From Amoeboradix gromovi X-113 (Eukaryota > Fungi > Sanchytriomycota), in assembly GCA_018985225.1 (NCBI GenBank), contig JADGIF010000012.1:1-32000 (forward strand): a stretch of DNA of 32,000 nucleotides, given 5' to 3'. The notes below the pieces were generated by a model. The model ran no database searches, was not told where the DNA came from, and saw only the letters and a list, made by a program, of their open reading frames with translations. Both the position numbers and the translations under genes were made by a program. This document shows positions 18,531 to 30,200 of the stretch, in pieces; position 1 is the stretch's first letter, and every line of letters starts with the position of its first letter.

Positions 18531-18856
18531 CTATTGATACTCTTCTATCATTCGGACATTATATGGCTCCAATAATGGTTCATTATATTTGTATCCTCTT
18601 TGAATAGTTTGAGCATTGTAACTTCTTAGGCGCCATTTTTGCGGTCCAGAAGATATGTGAATGACTCTCTTTGATTTCTTTCTTTTGTTCATCGTTGGGA
18701 AAATGTTCAAATGCATTTCTTTTTAGTAAATATCAGATCCAACTTGATGCCAAGTTTGCACAAATTCACGTGGACCCTTGCTAATGTGGTAGATTCTATT
18801 AAATAATTTATTACTTTTAGTCTTAACAGAGCTTTTGTTTCAGTGCTTGACCACAT
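18531..18856 (-). pseudogene. possible frameshifted Myb/SANT-like (trihelix) gene remnant
   Basis: MWSSTETKALLRLK / TWHQVGS / FTKKKCI / F.TMNKRKK are spread over two frames and follow the trihelix pattern W..ET..LL...W..(I/V)...C... Confidence 0.3.
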
Positions 18857-18878
18857 TTTAAATTTAATCTCTCATTTA

Positions 18879-21800
18879 TTAATTTTCATCAAACTGGAAC
18901 CTGCTTGCATCATGCTGTATCCTGTTAATTAGATGGCACACATCATTCTGTATTATGTCTCTGCACAATTCGTCATACTCATCTGTAAGCAGAGTTAATG
19001 GCTTACCTCTGATCAATCCTTCATCTCTCTCTTTGTTTATGTTAACATATGGCGCAAATTTAGTGTAATACTTGTTTCCCAAGAACAACGCTATCTTGCA
19101 TTGCTTAATCAGCAGGTACGCACCGTACAAGTAACTGCATTCCTTGGAATGGACCAGTGGTTCATAGTATCTATTTACGGCGTCTACGCAGCATTGACCC
19201 TAAATTAATATCAAATACCTGAAAACATGTTATTGTTCCGCATATTAAACACAGTGCCGGTTGACTAGGAACTTTATTGCAATTTCTACACCTTAAGTCC
19301 ATTACAAAAAAATCTTCATATTTATGTGGTAGCTTGGTCAAAGCAGGTTTGATTAGCTTACTGCTGTTCCATTTCATGTTAAACATCATAAATAACTCAT
19401 CCTGCTTGTTCACAAAACTACTGTTAACATCAATGGTGCTAAGTCCCATAATTATCGTCAAATATATTCGAGTACATGTCAGATAATGCAATTGCTCTTG
19501 CTCTGGTAGCAACTGTATTCTGGACTTGCAATAATCAAATATACTGGTATTGTTTAATCTGCATTCATCCAGCATAATTGGCATGTCATTGTAAAATTGA
19601 TCCTCGCTTTTGGTACTTGTCATTGCGGTGCTCCAATACCATCTAATAAATTGAAAGAAGTGGCTATAAAACTGTTGATTCCTGCTGCTGATTGATCCTA
19701 GCATTTCTAATTCTAATATGGTGCCATAGAGTATCATTTCAAACTCTACATTCATTGGATTGTACGCTTTGCTCAATGCTTGTTGTAATAAAATCAAATG
19801 GTTCAGGTGAATATCTGCTGGTTCTACTAACTGCAAAGCATCAATGTCTTGTTTAATTACCTCCTCTACACTATTGAAGTTGCTGCTCATGCTGCAAGGT
19901 ATAGTGGATACGGAATGGTTGAATGTACCTTTTCCAATGATTGGAACGTAGCAATTACTTAAGCTTCTGCATATCGGACAGGTTATACATAGTTTATTGC
20001 TTAAATCATTGCTAGACAAAGTAGAACCGGCTTTTACGCTGTTGTAAAGGCTCTTTAAACTAGTGCATCTGAAGTGGACTACATGGCATCCACTGATTTG
20101 AAATATTGTATTTCGATTGACCAAATGTTTATTAATACTCAAAAACGACAAATAACCATAATCCTCACCAGCGCATGATTGCTTACAATAGCAGCATTCC
20201 TCGGATGTGGCATTAAATGATGAATATGCTTGTTTGTTGAATAATTGCATGTATGGGCTAGGTAAATCAAAACTAGCTACGGACTCCTCGTCATCTAGCA
20301 TACCCATCTCTTCCATGTATGCATTCATCGCTAACAACTGCGTCTGTTTTATTTTATTTAATAAGTTAGACTGCAATTGTAAACTTGCACTACTAATGGT
20401 ACTCGCGTTAATGGTAGGGACTGAGTAGTCTCTGTTGAATCTAGTATTAATAGCGTTGATCATAAATGCAGCACGGTGTATGTTAGATGCATTTGCAGAT
20501 GATTTGTAAGCATCAATACATTTGTCAATAATAGTAGGATTACTAGTGATTATACTTATTTGTAAAAGCATGTCATTGGAAATAAACGTATCGACTCCAA
20601 GTTGCAGCGAGTACAACCTTAGGAGTGTATCGTTTGTGATATGGGCAGTCGTGGTTGGCATTTGATATTTTATTTTATTATTATTAATTATATCACTCAT
20701 ATTGCTAGAGTTATAAAAGTAATGATACGGGTTTATAGAAGCATCCGTAATAAAGTACTCTATCCCTTTATAAGTGTGCTTGGAATGAATCGAAGGAATG
20801 TCTAGGTCATAATCCATTTGCTCAAAATAATCATCTAATTCACTCTTTAAATGGGGCTTAACTGCTAGCATATGGTGTATGAACTCATTGGTAATATTCT
20901 TTAGGGGTGTCAGCAGAACTAACACAAAATGGAGTATGTTAGAAGCTAATAGTTTGTTGTCGTTTATAGGACCAATAAGACTAAAGTACATATCAAATAC
21001 GTTATAACGCTTGTAGTAATGTTGTAAAAGCTGCAGATCGCTGGTATAAAGACTACCCAGCTTAGATCTATTTAGTTTCATCAGCGATTGTTCATAAAAT
21101 GGTATTTGACCATTTCTCAACCACATCAAACTAATCAGCTGGTCGTGATAGACCTGGTTAGCAATTAAACCATGTAATACAGTGTTATGTGGATCAATAG
21201 ATGGGTTGAACGGCATGTATTGATTTAACTGAGCAATGGGACTGGCTGTAGGTTTTAACTGATTAAACAGCTCCGGATATCGACTAACTAAAGGGCTGAG
21301 TAATCTAAATAAAGTTGTATGTATTGAAGCGCCATTCAAATGTGTTTTGGGTGATTGCAAATGGTGGACAGCATTTAAGATCAATGATAATGTGTAGTCG
21401 ATGTTATCATCTGTGACAACTAAAAGCAGTTCTTGCATTAGTATATTCATGTTTAATGCCAAATTAAATGCCCATCTCCATGATTTAGATTCAAATTGTA
21501 TATGTTGATTTATATATCTTAGTTGATGATCCATTCCATGTACTAAGGTACTGAGTACGATGAACGATCGCAATACATTGTCTTCGTTATTCTGTATTCT
21601 GGTTTGAATGTTCTTTCGTAGGTCATTCGTATTTATAAAGAATAACAAGTCGTGGGTTAACTTCATGTATATACTGTTGCTAATGCCCTGCTTGTTAACA
21701 TCTATTATAGGAAGAGTTATAGAATGTACGTCTGACTTGACAGTGTTACTAAATGGCTGCTTTTGGTTGAATAGGATTGATTTAATCAGCATTTCACAAA

Positions 21801-22956
21801 ACATGAAAGAACAATTAAACATGGACTCTAATGCTAGCGCGATAGAGGGAACAGTTAGAATTTGCACTCCGATTTCATTCAAAGTGTCATACGGCTCTCT
21901 TTCTTTGAATAAAACATCCCATAAGATCAAAGGATATAACTTGAAATATTGAATGGCAAATGTATCTCTACGATTTGTTATAGGCACTTGGAGTTTATAG
22001 TTACTTATATTGTTGAATTTACCAATTATTCTGTCATCTATTACTTCTGTGAGAGTATTAGTAAAGCAGAATGATTTCATAATTAACTCATTCAATAACT
22101 TACGGAACTTCTTCCAGGTTTTGCGGTGATAATACATAACATAATCTATACGGTAGTGGCAGAATGACTTGGACTTGAGATCTGGCAGCAAATCAAGAAC
22201 CGAATCTGGAAGTTGATAACAAGTGGGAGTTAATCTACCCTTATACACACCATTAAATGTAGAATCGTCTTCGCCGTCGCTGTCCTGGTCTACTATTCTT
22301 AATAGTCTGCTAATTCTGCCAGAGAACGTAGATGGATTAACTAAAGCAGGGGAATCTACAGCAACTTTGTTCGAGTGATCTAGAGCTGGAGTAGGATGGT
22401 ATAAGGGGTCTAATTGGACATACCTAAGATCAGGATCAATATTGTCTAATCGAGTGTGCCATGCCTTCAATAGTTCCTGACAAAGTATCATTTCCATGAT
22501 ATTCTGTAAGTCATTAGGTCTATTATACTCGCCCAAGACCAGATCATACACGAACTCCATTAGTTCATAAGCTTTTGTCTGTTGATGAATAAATGACTCT
22601 TGCAAGACAATAACATGCAAACCTATGGTTTTGATTTTATTAGCTATTTCGATACACTCTGATTTCTTTCCCGTAAATATGATATCCATGCCGTTGTTAT
22701 CAATATTGTTCGCAATTCGGAATCCACGCTCTTCACTCTCACCTAATGCACTTGATACAGTGTTGATAACCTGGTCATAATTATGTATTTCATCATTATA
22801 CAGAATACTGCAATAAACACCGTCATCTTCGGTTGTTTCTATAATGCTGGTATCAAATGGCATATGATGGAACGTGTCAATAAAAAAATCAAAGACATTG
22901 GCAATAACCACTCGTAATTGATCTTGTTGTGACTTCATGAGAACATCATGCGACAT
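18879..22956 (-). CDS. UBR1: UBR1/UBR2-like N-recognin E3 ligase lacking the UBR box; complement(join(18879..19199,19219..22956))
   Basis: ClpS domain ILYNDEIHNYDQVI; VQILTVPS; QLRYINQHIQFE..W; WLRNG; split RING (CCYC...GCHVVHFRC...CPICRSLSN); CLICG; second exon APYV...ERDEGLIRGKPLTL. Confidence 0.9.
19200..19218 (-). other. 19-nt spliceosomal intron GTATTTGATATTAATTTAG
   Basis: GT-AG ends, branch-like TATTAAT, phase 0. Joins ..GTITCFQ to GQCC..HSKEC.. and the conserved UBR1 C-terminus. Confidence 0.85.
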
Positions 22957-23172
22957 GGAGAATCGGAAGAAAATCCTTGTTTAACGCAGAGAAATCAAAT
23001 TATTAAGCCAACAGCAATATCATCTCTTTCTTCTGAACGGTCAACTAAAACGGGTTGCTAAACTAAAAATCCTTTAAAAATTTCATTTGCCATGAAGCAG
23101 AGAAAATAGGAAAAGTACATTCAATTAAAATTAACACTGCTATGAAAAAATACCTTCAAGTTGTCTTTCCCC
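22957..23172 (-). mobile_element. probable highly decayed copy 5 of the IS607/Fanzor2 element
   Basis: Colinear on one strand: GGGG..ACAACTTGAA left-end-like; TTCATGGCAAATG (12/13 to copy 1); AAAGAGATGATATTGCTG (16/18 to the copy 3 RuvC-III region); TTCTCTG...GATTTTCT right-end-like. Confidence 0.5.
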
Positions 23173-23280
23173 TTCAGCTCACACCATTTGGGTTGGAAAG
23201 CATAATGACATTCTCGAGGGAGTGGAAGATCTAATCTATAATGAGATGTTTTTGCGGTCTAAAGAAGGAGAGATTAGTAT

Positions 23281-25232
23281 TTACTGTTTTAAGCCCAAAT
23301 GCTTTAAAAAAGCCTCGCTATTAGGTTCTCTCTTTAAAAACTTCTTAATTAGTTCCATTGGTTCAACACTTCCTCCAGGTCTAAGAATCATATCACGATA
23401 CGTCTTACCCACACTCATATCATTAAACTCTGAGTATATATCAGATGCGTATACCAGTGACCACATATACCCATAATATGCCTATATTAGTATTGAATTA
23501 CACTTTGATAGCCTCCCATGATGTGGTTGAATGTAGATTGACCATTGGTTCCAGGGTGGTTTGGCAACAGAGTAATCTCTTCCCTTAGCTTTGAATACAA
23601 TGCACCTGTATCTTTTACAACTGAGCTACTGGAATGCAGAGTCATATCATATGTAGCAAAGAATATTTGGCGTAAGTTGAACAACGACGCATTCACGTTT
23701 CTAGCTTTAACTATCTGGGTTATTAAAGAGTCTGGCAACGGTTCATTAGTAGCCAAGTGTTTACTCAGTTTGGTCAAGACATTTGGCTGATAAATGAAGT
23801 TTTCTAGCATTTGCGAAGGGCATTCTACAAAATCCCAAGCAGTATTAGTACCTTGCTGATCACTGTATTTGGTAACACTGCATAATACATGGAACACGTG
23901 TCCCAGTTCATGAGCAAGTGTCACCACTTCGTCATGTTTTAGTAAGCTGGGCTCTGTCTTAGTAGGCTTTGTAAAATTGGCAACCAGAGCGGCTAAAGAT
24001 GGCTGATATTTGTCACCAACTAAGCATGCGGGTTGCAATTGGAAACAAGCAGCGTGGCTATATTTGTTATCTCGTGGATAGAGGTCAACGTAAAAATGAC
24101 CATAGAGTTCATCTGTAGACGCATCATTAACCTTATATACCAAGACGTCAGGGTGCCATGTTTCTCCATTGGTTTGCACAATGCTCAAGTCAAATAAATC
24201 AGCATAAAACTGCAACAATTGTTTTAATACATGTTGCACAGGAAAATACTGCTGAATCTCGGTCTCATTCACTTGATACTCATTGATTTTCAGCATGTTG
24301 TGATAGTATCTAAAGTCCCATGGCTGCAATTTACCTTGTTTTAATGATTCTAATTTCTTCAAATCTATTTTACCATACGGTAGCAGTTGAGATTTCAAAT
24401 CGTTCAGGAATGACCACACAGTCTCAGGATTCTTTGCCATTCTGTCTTGCAACTGCAAATTAGAAAATGTTGGATATCCTAGCAGTTTAGCCAACTCTAA
24501 CCTTTTTGCCACAGCTGTCTCTAAACGAGGAATATTGTCCAAACAACGACTATTGTAGACTAAATCAAGTCTCTTTCGTGTGTTTTCATTGCTACATTGA
24601 TCAAACACAGGAATCACATCAGGATATTTCATTGATAAAATATATTTGCCATCATTTTTCTCTAATCGATTTAAGTAAGACTCTGACATGCCTTGCAGCT
24701 CTTCTGCAGTAAATTCAATTGTAGTTTTGTCATCGGCAACAGACTTTGAGAACTCAAGTGATAAAGTTTGTAATTCCTGTTTTAAATCCTTGACTTTGGC
24801 CCTTAATTCATCACTCAACAACAGACCGTTATTGACGAAATCGCGATGTAGATCAGTAAACAGTTTGAATTCATTCTCAGGCACTTTTTCATCTTTCGCA
24901 AATACCGGTTCAAGAATTTTGTTAACGTGTTGAAAAAGAGACTTATTTTGATATACATTCAGATTGTACTTTTGAAGGGTCTCTTGAGCATTCCTACTCT
25001 CTAAGCGAACACCTTCGTCGGTGGAAACATGCTGACCGAATGTCACTTTACTCTGTAATGCATGAAGTTCGTTATTACTTAAAAACCATTGACGAAGAGA
25101 GTTTACATTAGGTTCAGATTTCAAAAACCTATCAGTAATAGCATCAGACTTGGCAATGAATAATTTGGTCAATGCTGGTATTTCAGTCGAAGATGGCAAC
25201 GAAAACATCCTTCTAATCAGCAGAAACGACAT
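23281..25232 (-). CDS. peptidase family M3A (thimet oligopeptidase/neurolysin/saccharolysin); complement(join(23281..23481,23502..25232))
   Basis: DLYPRDNKYSHAA, zinc motif HELGHVFH, DFVECPSQMLEN. Spliced GGYQSAYYGYMWS and C-terminal ILRPGGS...FLKREPNSEAFL. Confidence 0.95.
23482..23501 (-). other. 20-nt spliceosomal intron GTAATTCAATACTAATATAG
   Basis: Removal recreates the conserved GGY..(A/G)YYGY.WS motif. Branch site TACTAAT. Confidence 0.93.
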
Positions 25233-25300
25233 GGGGTATTTATATGGGATTTTCTACGACGTAATATGTGGCATATTTTTGCAACATGATACTAATAAGA

Positions 25301-25386
25301 CTTTAATTAAGCTCTTCCGGTAGCAGCAACCTTTTCCGTTCCCTAGAATCACCCTTACGCTTCCGGTTTGACAAGCTTAATTAAAG
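25301..25386. repeat. 86-bp unit with perfect 13-bp terminal inverted repeats and an internal CTTCCGGT direct repeat
   Basis: CTTTAATTAAGCT (25301-25313) pairs with AGCTTAATTAAAG (25374-25386). CTTCCGGT occurs at 25314 and 25360. Confidence 0.7.
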
Positions 25387-25397
25387 GTAAATTGAAT

Positions 25398-26813
25398 TTA
25401 TTGAGTCAATCTATAGTTTTTTCGTTTGCATATAGGACAACTGGCGAAACCAGACTTGTCACGATCCCAAAGATTCAAGCATCCTCTATGGAACGGTCCA
25501 TGCTGACATAATGTCATTTCCAGTTTCAGAGGCTCTATTTTGTCATAGCATATTAAACACTCTTTTTCGTTGGCATGCTTAAATCTTTCTACACATTTGT
25601 GACTGCTTTCCAAAGTTTTAACCACTTGATTTGTTATGGAAGAATCTAAGCTGTTTGCCGCTAACACTGCCAATTCCAGTTCGCAATATGTTAGTGCTAG
25701 CCGTAGTAGCTCCTTGGCTTCGACTTGTAACGTAAATGGGTTCCCATCATTAATCTTACTGTTGGCCTCTATAATTAACCGCGTCTTTCTATCCTTAATA
25801 TCCAGCATCATCATGAACCACTTGAGCTGGCTATATGGAATTTTGTCATCATTTAATTTCTTTTTAATAATTTCAGCGGCATTCTGATCGTTAAGCAACT
25901 TGAACACGATAGCGATTCCATCTTTGTCGTCATCTAAAAACGGTCTTTTTATGCAGTTCTCATTAAGAAGCAAGTCATTATTTTTGAATGCTATTTTACC
26001 AAGATAATACAGCAACTGAACATCATCTATGGTAGCTTGATCTCTCATATATAGGTACCATTTAGGCTTTCCTCTTATATGCAGAAACAGTTTATCAAAA
26101 TTGAAATTGAGTCTGCCGTTCAAATTGAGGTGCATTCTGTTTTCCTGAAGATCCTCCAACGTTATTATTTCCTGTAGTTTATATATAACAAGCTGGGAAT
26201 GAATGTACACAACCGAAGATAGATAAAGCCAATGTGAGATGTCGCTATGCGATTCAATCAAATTGTTGCACATGTCTGCAGTAGAACTTTGATGCACAAC
26301 TTCATAGGTGCAGAAGGAATAGATAACGAAAGTTTTAAATGACAGATGCTTAGGGTCTACTGTATTTTTCAACTTGTCTAAATAAGCGTCCAGTTTGATA
26401 TGTACATAGAGGTTAAAATGGCTTTCGAAATGAAAATACCGACTGCACAAATGCACAAACGGCCATAGAATAGATAGCAGTTCAAACTTGTCTTCACACG
26501 TTGATATTCGCTTGATAAAACTTTCTATGGTATAATCCGATCTTAATTTCGGTGACTCCAAAAACTTACCCACATGAATCGGCTCAATAATTGAGTTGGA
26601 CAATTTCGCGCAGTTGGTATGCTGAATTTTTGTAGTTGAATCAACAATTTCAACATAGTTTGGACAGTTTAGAAGCGCGTTATCACAGGTATTAACGTAA
26701 TAAACGAATTCTTCGAAGTTGGATTCTTTCAACTGGTAGAGCGGTTCAAAAACTAAATTCACGTCATCTGTAATGGGACACAGACTGTAAGCAGTAAACA
26801 AAAGAAGAATCAT
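25398..26813 (-). CDS. RING-H2 protein with a signal-peptide-like N-terminus
   Basis: C-terminal CLIC...CQHGPFHRGC..W...CPIC. N-terminus MILLLFTAYSLC. No clear internal transmembrane helix. Confidence 0.8.
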   Translation of the reverse strand: MILLLFTAYSLCPITDDVNLVFEPLYQLKESNFEEFVYYVNTCDNALLNCPNYVEIVDSTTKIQHTNCAKLSNSIIEPIHVGKFLESPKLRSDYTIESFIKRISTCEDKFELLSILWPFVHLCSRYFHFESHFNLYVHIKLDAYLDKLKNTVDPKHLSFKTFVIYSFCTYEVVHQSSTADMCNNLIESHSDISHWLYLSSVVYIHSQLVIYKLQEIITLEDLQENRMHLNLNGRLNFNFDKLFLHIRGKPKWYLYMRDQATIDDVQLLYYLGKIAFKNNDLLLNENCIKRPFLDDDKDGIAIVFKLLNDQNAAEIIKKKLNDDKIPYSQLKWFMMMLDIKDRKTRLIIEANSKINDGNPFTLQVEAKELLRLALTYCELELAVLAANSLDSSITNQVVKTLESSHKCVERFKHANEKECLICYDKIEPLKLEMTLCQHGPFHRGCLNLWDRDKSGFASCPICKRKNYRLTQ

Positions 26814-26942
26814 GTATAGCGAGACTGCTCAAAGACAATTTGCCAATTTAAATTACAAACTATCCAATTTATCCAATAAACATCGCCGCTTTTTGACAAG
26901 CCGGAGATTGCAAAAACGACTGACAAATTAACAATGCCTCAA

Positions 26943-27272
26943 CATGCGATAGCCAAGTGGAGGTGTCCTGTACTTATAATCTTTCCTTGCCCAAAGAACC
27001 ATTACCATATTTTCTCTTCTTTACCATTCTGGTCGTTCACAATTGCTAACTAGACTTTCTATGAATTTAACAAAGATTAGCTAGAATTAAATCTCGATAT
27101 AATAAATAGAGAGGATGTGCCACTTCCTGTCTAACACGGTGTCCTGGAATGCCTATTTAAGCTGTTGCAATAATTGTAACAGCTCGCTCTTGAGAAGTAA
27201 AAGAAGTTTTGACAAAGATTATTGCAGCAACCGGTGCCATGTTCAAATCTACATGATAGTACGATTTACTTA
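26943..27272 (-). mobile_element. possible decayed copy 6 (left end plus TnpA HTH trace)
   Basis: TAAGTAAATCGTACTATCATG resembles the left end. 26993-26943 gives WA/GKI/KYRTPPLGYRM across frameshifts, similar to TnpA W..GKI...RTP.G.R. Confidence 0.35.
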
Positions 27273-30200
27273 TAGCCTTTTGATCTCCTGCTCTAGTTCT
27301 ATATACATTTTCATACTATTACCTGGTGTTCTCAGCTTTATGCTTTCATATTGTTCTTTTAATGAGATGTATCTTTGTTTTTTTCCCGTCATTTCTATTT
27401 TGTCCATTATTCCCACTAGCCCATTCCCCAGCACACTGTTCACATCTGCATTACATTTCAACACGAACTCGAGCAAATCCAATGATGCTACTATTACACT
27501 TTCTGCACTGCTCTTTAGTATAGTGCTAGTTCCATACCACAGCGAATATTCGAATTTTAATATATCATCGAAAATTGTTGAATCTGATGATAACACATGT
27601 GCTTGTATAAAACTAGTCAATTTGAAGAGCAAAATTAATTGCTTTAGTAGCTCCTGCTTATAGCCCTCAGACTCCCCGCTGTTAAATGCTTCCAGCACCA
27701 TTTTGCACAGTTCCAAATGTTGCTTACTGATATCCCGGATGAAATGGAAAGAATGGCTTTTGAATCCACTATACAGCAGTACTATCACTGCTTTCAGCAC
27801 ACGCATAGTTGATATCCTACTAAGCAATATTGATGAATTATTTATTTTTATTCTGGTAGCCAAGTATCCTATTTCCATAAAATGCGGGTGTCCGCTATCG
27901 AATGCGTTCTCCATTGTTTCTTCAATGTTTACGCTAATCGACATTGTATCAGCTAACTCATCCAAATACTTCATCAACAATTTACTGTATGCCCTGTTCT
28001 GTGTGTTTTTGTTAAGTTTTGATTTAAATATTGTAGTAACTGTAAATTCGAATAGATCTATATCTACATCCTTTAAAATATCAAAGAACCCAATCACATT
28101 CGCATTTGCGTCATCAAAGCAACACAAAAACGAGTCCAAGTTGAATCTTAAATTCTCTAATAACAGCGCACTGCAATATCCGTGTTGCTTAATCAGATAT
28201 CCTATACTCATTAGAAAGTATCCTGCACAGGTGCTATTTATTCTTCTGACGCTTGATTTCTTAAGTATTTCATCAACTATTCTTGTTAACTCTAGCGGAT
28301 GCTGCTGGCTGTATTGGCTCAGGGTGCTGACTTTTATGAAGGATTGAAAGTGTTCTCCTACATCAACCAAGCTGTCTATTCCATAAATTAAAAGTCTGTT
28401 GTAGAAATCTATCCTTAGCTCCTCCCAATTTAATGACTCATTCAGCAATTCCCACCTTTGCTTATTGCTGGCAATAATCTCTATATAATCAATCAGTTTG
28501 CTATCTTCAGATAGCCAAGTATATAAGTTGGATCTCATGATATCCCGTTGCAATACAAAGCAGAGTAGTATGCACGCTTGTTTAGCCAAATGGTCCTTGC
28601 TGTTTACTTTAAATCTGTCCATGCAACTATACAAGGTGTTTAACAGTTTATGAACTCCAGCTAAAAGCTCATCTTGTTGTTCAATCATGTATTGAATAAC
28701 AAACAGGATGTATTCGCAGTTCTCACCATCTACATTCCTAATGGCATCACACGCATCAATAAGTGAGTCAAAGAGCTGGGGTAACAAATCCTTGCATTCT
28801 GATGCGTTATAATATAATCCCACATACAGGGCAGTTAGCCACTGCTTTAGTTGGAACACTCTGGATGTGTTGATACCCGTGCTATGGTAAGCAACCAAAC
28901 AGGTATTTACTGCTTTAATAAGCAACAAACATAAGTCAATTTGTAAAAGTCTTAGTTTGCTAGTAACAATACATTTAGAATGCAATATTCTAACAATACT
29001 GTGTAGTATAGGAACGCAGTTTATGATGGAAAGCGGGCCCTGTTTAATAGCACCGTCTTTGATTACGCTGTCTAGATAACCCAAGTGAATAGATACGCTG
29101 TGCCTTATCATCAGTATTTCGTAATCTGATAAATTAGTCGAGGGATGGATGCAGGTGCAAGCAAGTAGTTCAATAACAAGGCTAGTCAAGCTGGTATTCT
29201 TTTCGACACTTACAATGTCCAGCAGCTTCGTGACACTAAACAACTTCATTTTAAATGACTTCATCAGGTGCAACAAAGCATTGCAAGTGGGAACTAACAA
29301 AGACTTGGCGACAACAGTGAAAATATTGTCCAATGAAGTTACCATATTGAATTTCAATTCCAATATTATTCTACCCGCGTGTCTAATAACAGGGTCGTCG
29401 TGGACTATAGACTTATAACAATATAGCAGACATCTAGTCATAATTAAAGTGTAGTCAGTGATGTAGATGTACGCGTCCATAAAATATGATATTTTGTTCA
29501 AATTACACAACCAGTCCTTTGTATTGTGAGGAAAATCCATAAGGAATATACTTGATTGATCCATTGCCAGTAGATTTGCTATTATTTTAGAATAGTCATA
29601 ATCGCTTTTCAACTTGTCGAAATCTAAATGATTCCACGCATGATTCAATATGGAGTGTAAGAGTTGAGAGGAGTTGCCGGAGTTGCTAGCAATTATCCTC
29701 GCCAGTAGGCAGAGGGCATCAGGAAGCAGCGTTTCTTGATTCGTAAAGTATTTGACTATGTACCCTACCAATTGATTAAATGATAGCAAAGCTGGTTTCC
29801 TAGATTTGCTGCTGTTTGGAGCAGTTGATAATTCAGTAGAGCAACCAAGTAGGGTAGCAAATATCTTCGCGTATATAATTTGAAATTCCAAGTCATTTCT
29901 ACTAGCTGTCAACCATTCTAATACGGGTTGGATTCTATTAAAATCAACCTGGTCCGCTACCCTAAAGTTTAGCAGGACTAATTGGCCCAGTATTAGTGTA
30001 TGGCTACTGTTTAGTATTCTAGTCATTAATGATATCCATGTGGTGGACGTATTCACGCGATATTTGAAAAGGATTATATTCAGCTGAGCAGTTAATTCAG
30101 GATCCTTGTTGACGGCTTGAAGTACTTCACCCAGAAGTCGTTTACCATGGTCATGCAAGACATAGATAAATTGGATTTTAGGGTTCTGCACAGCATTTAA

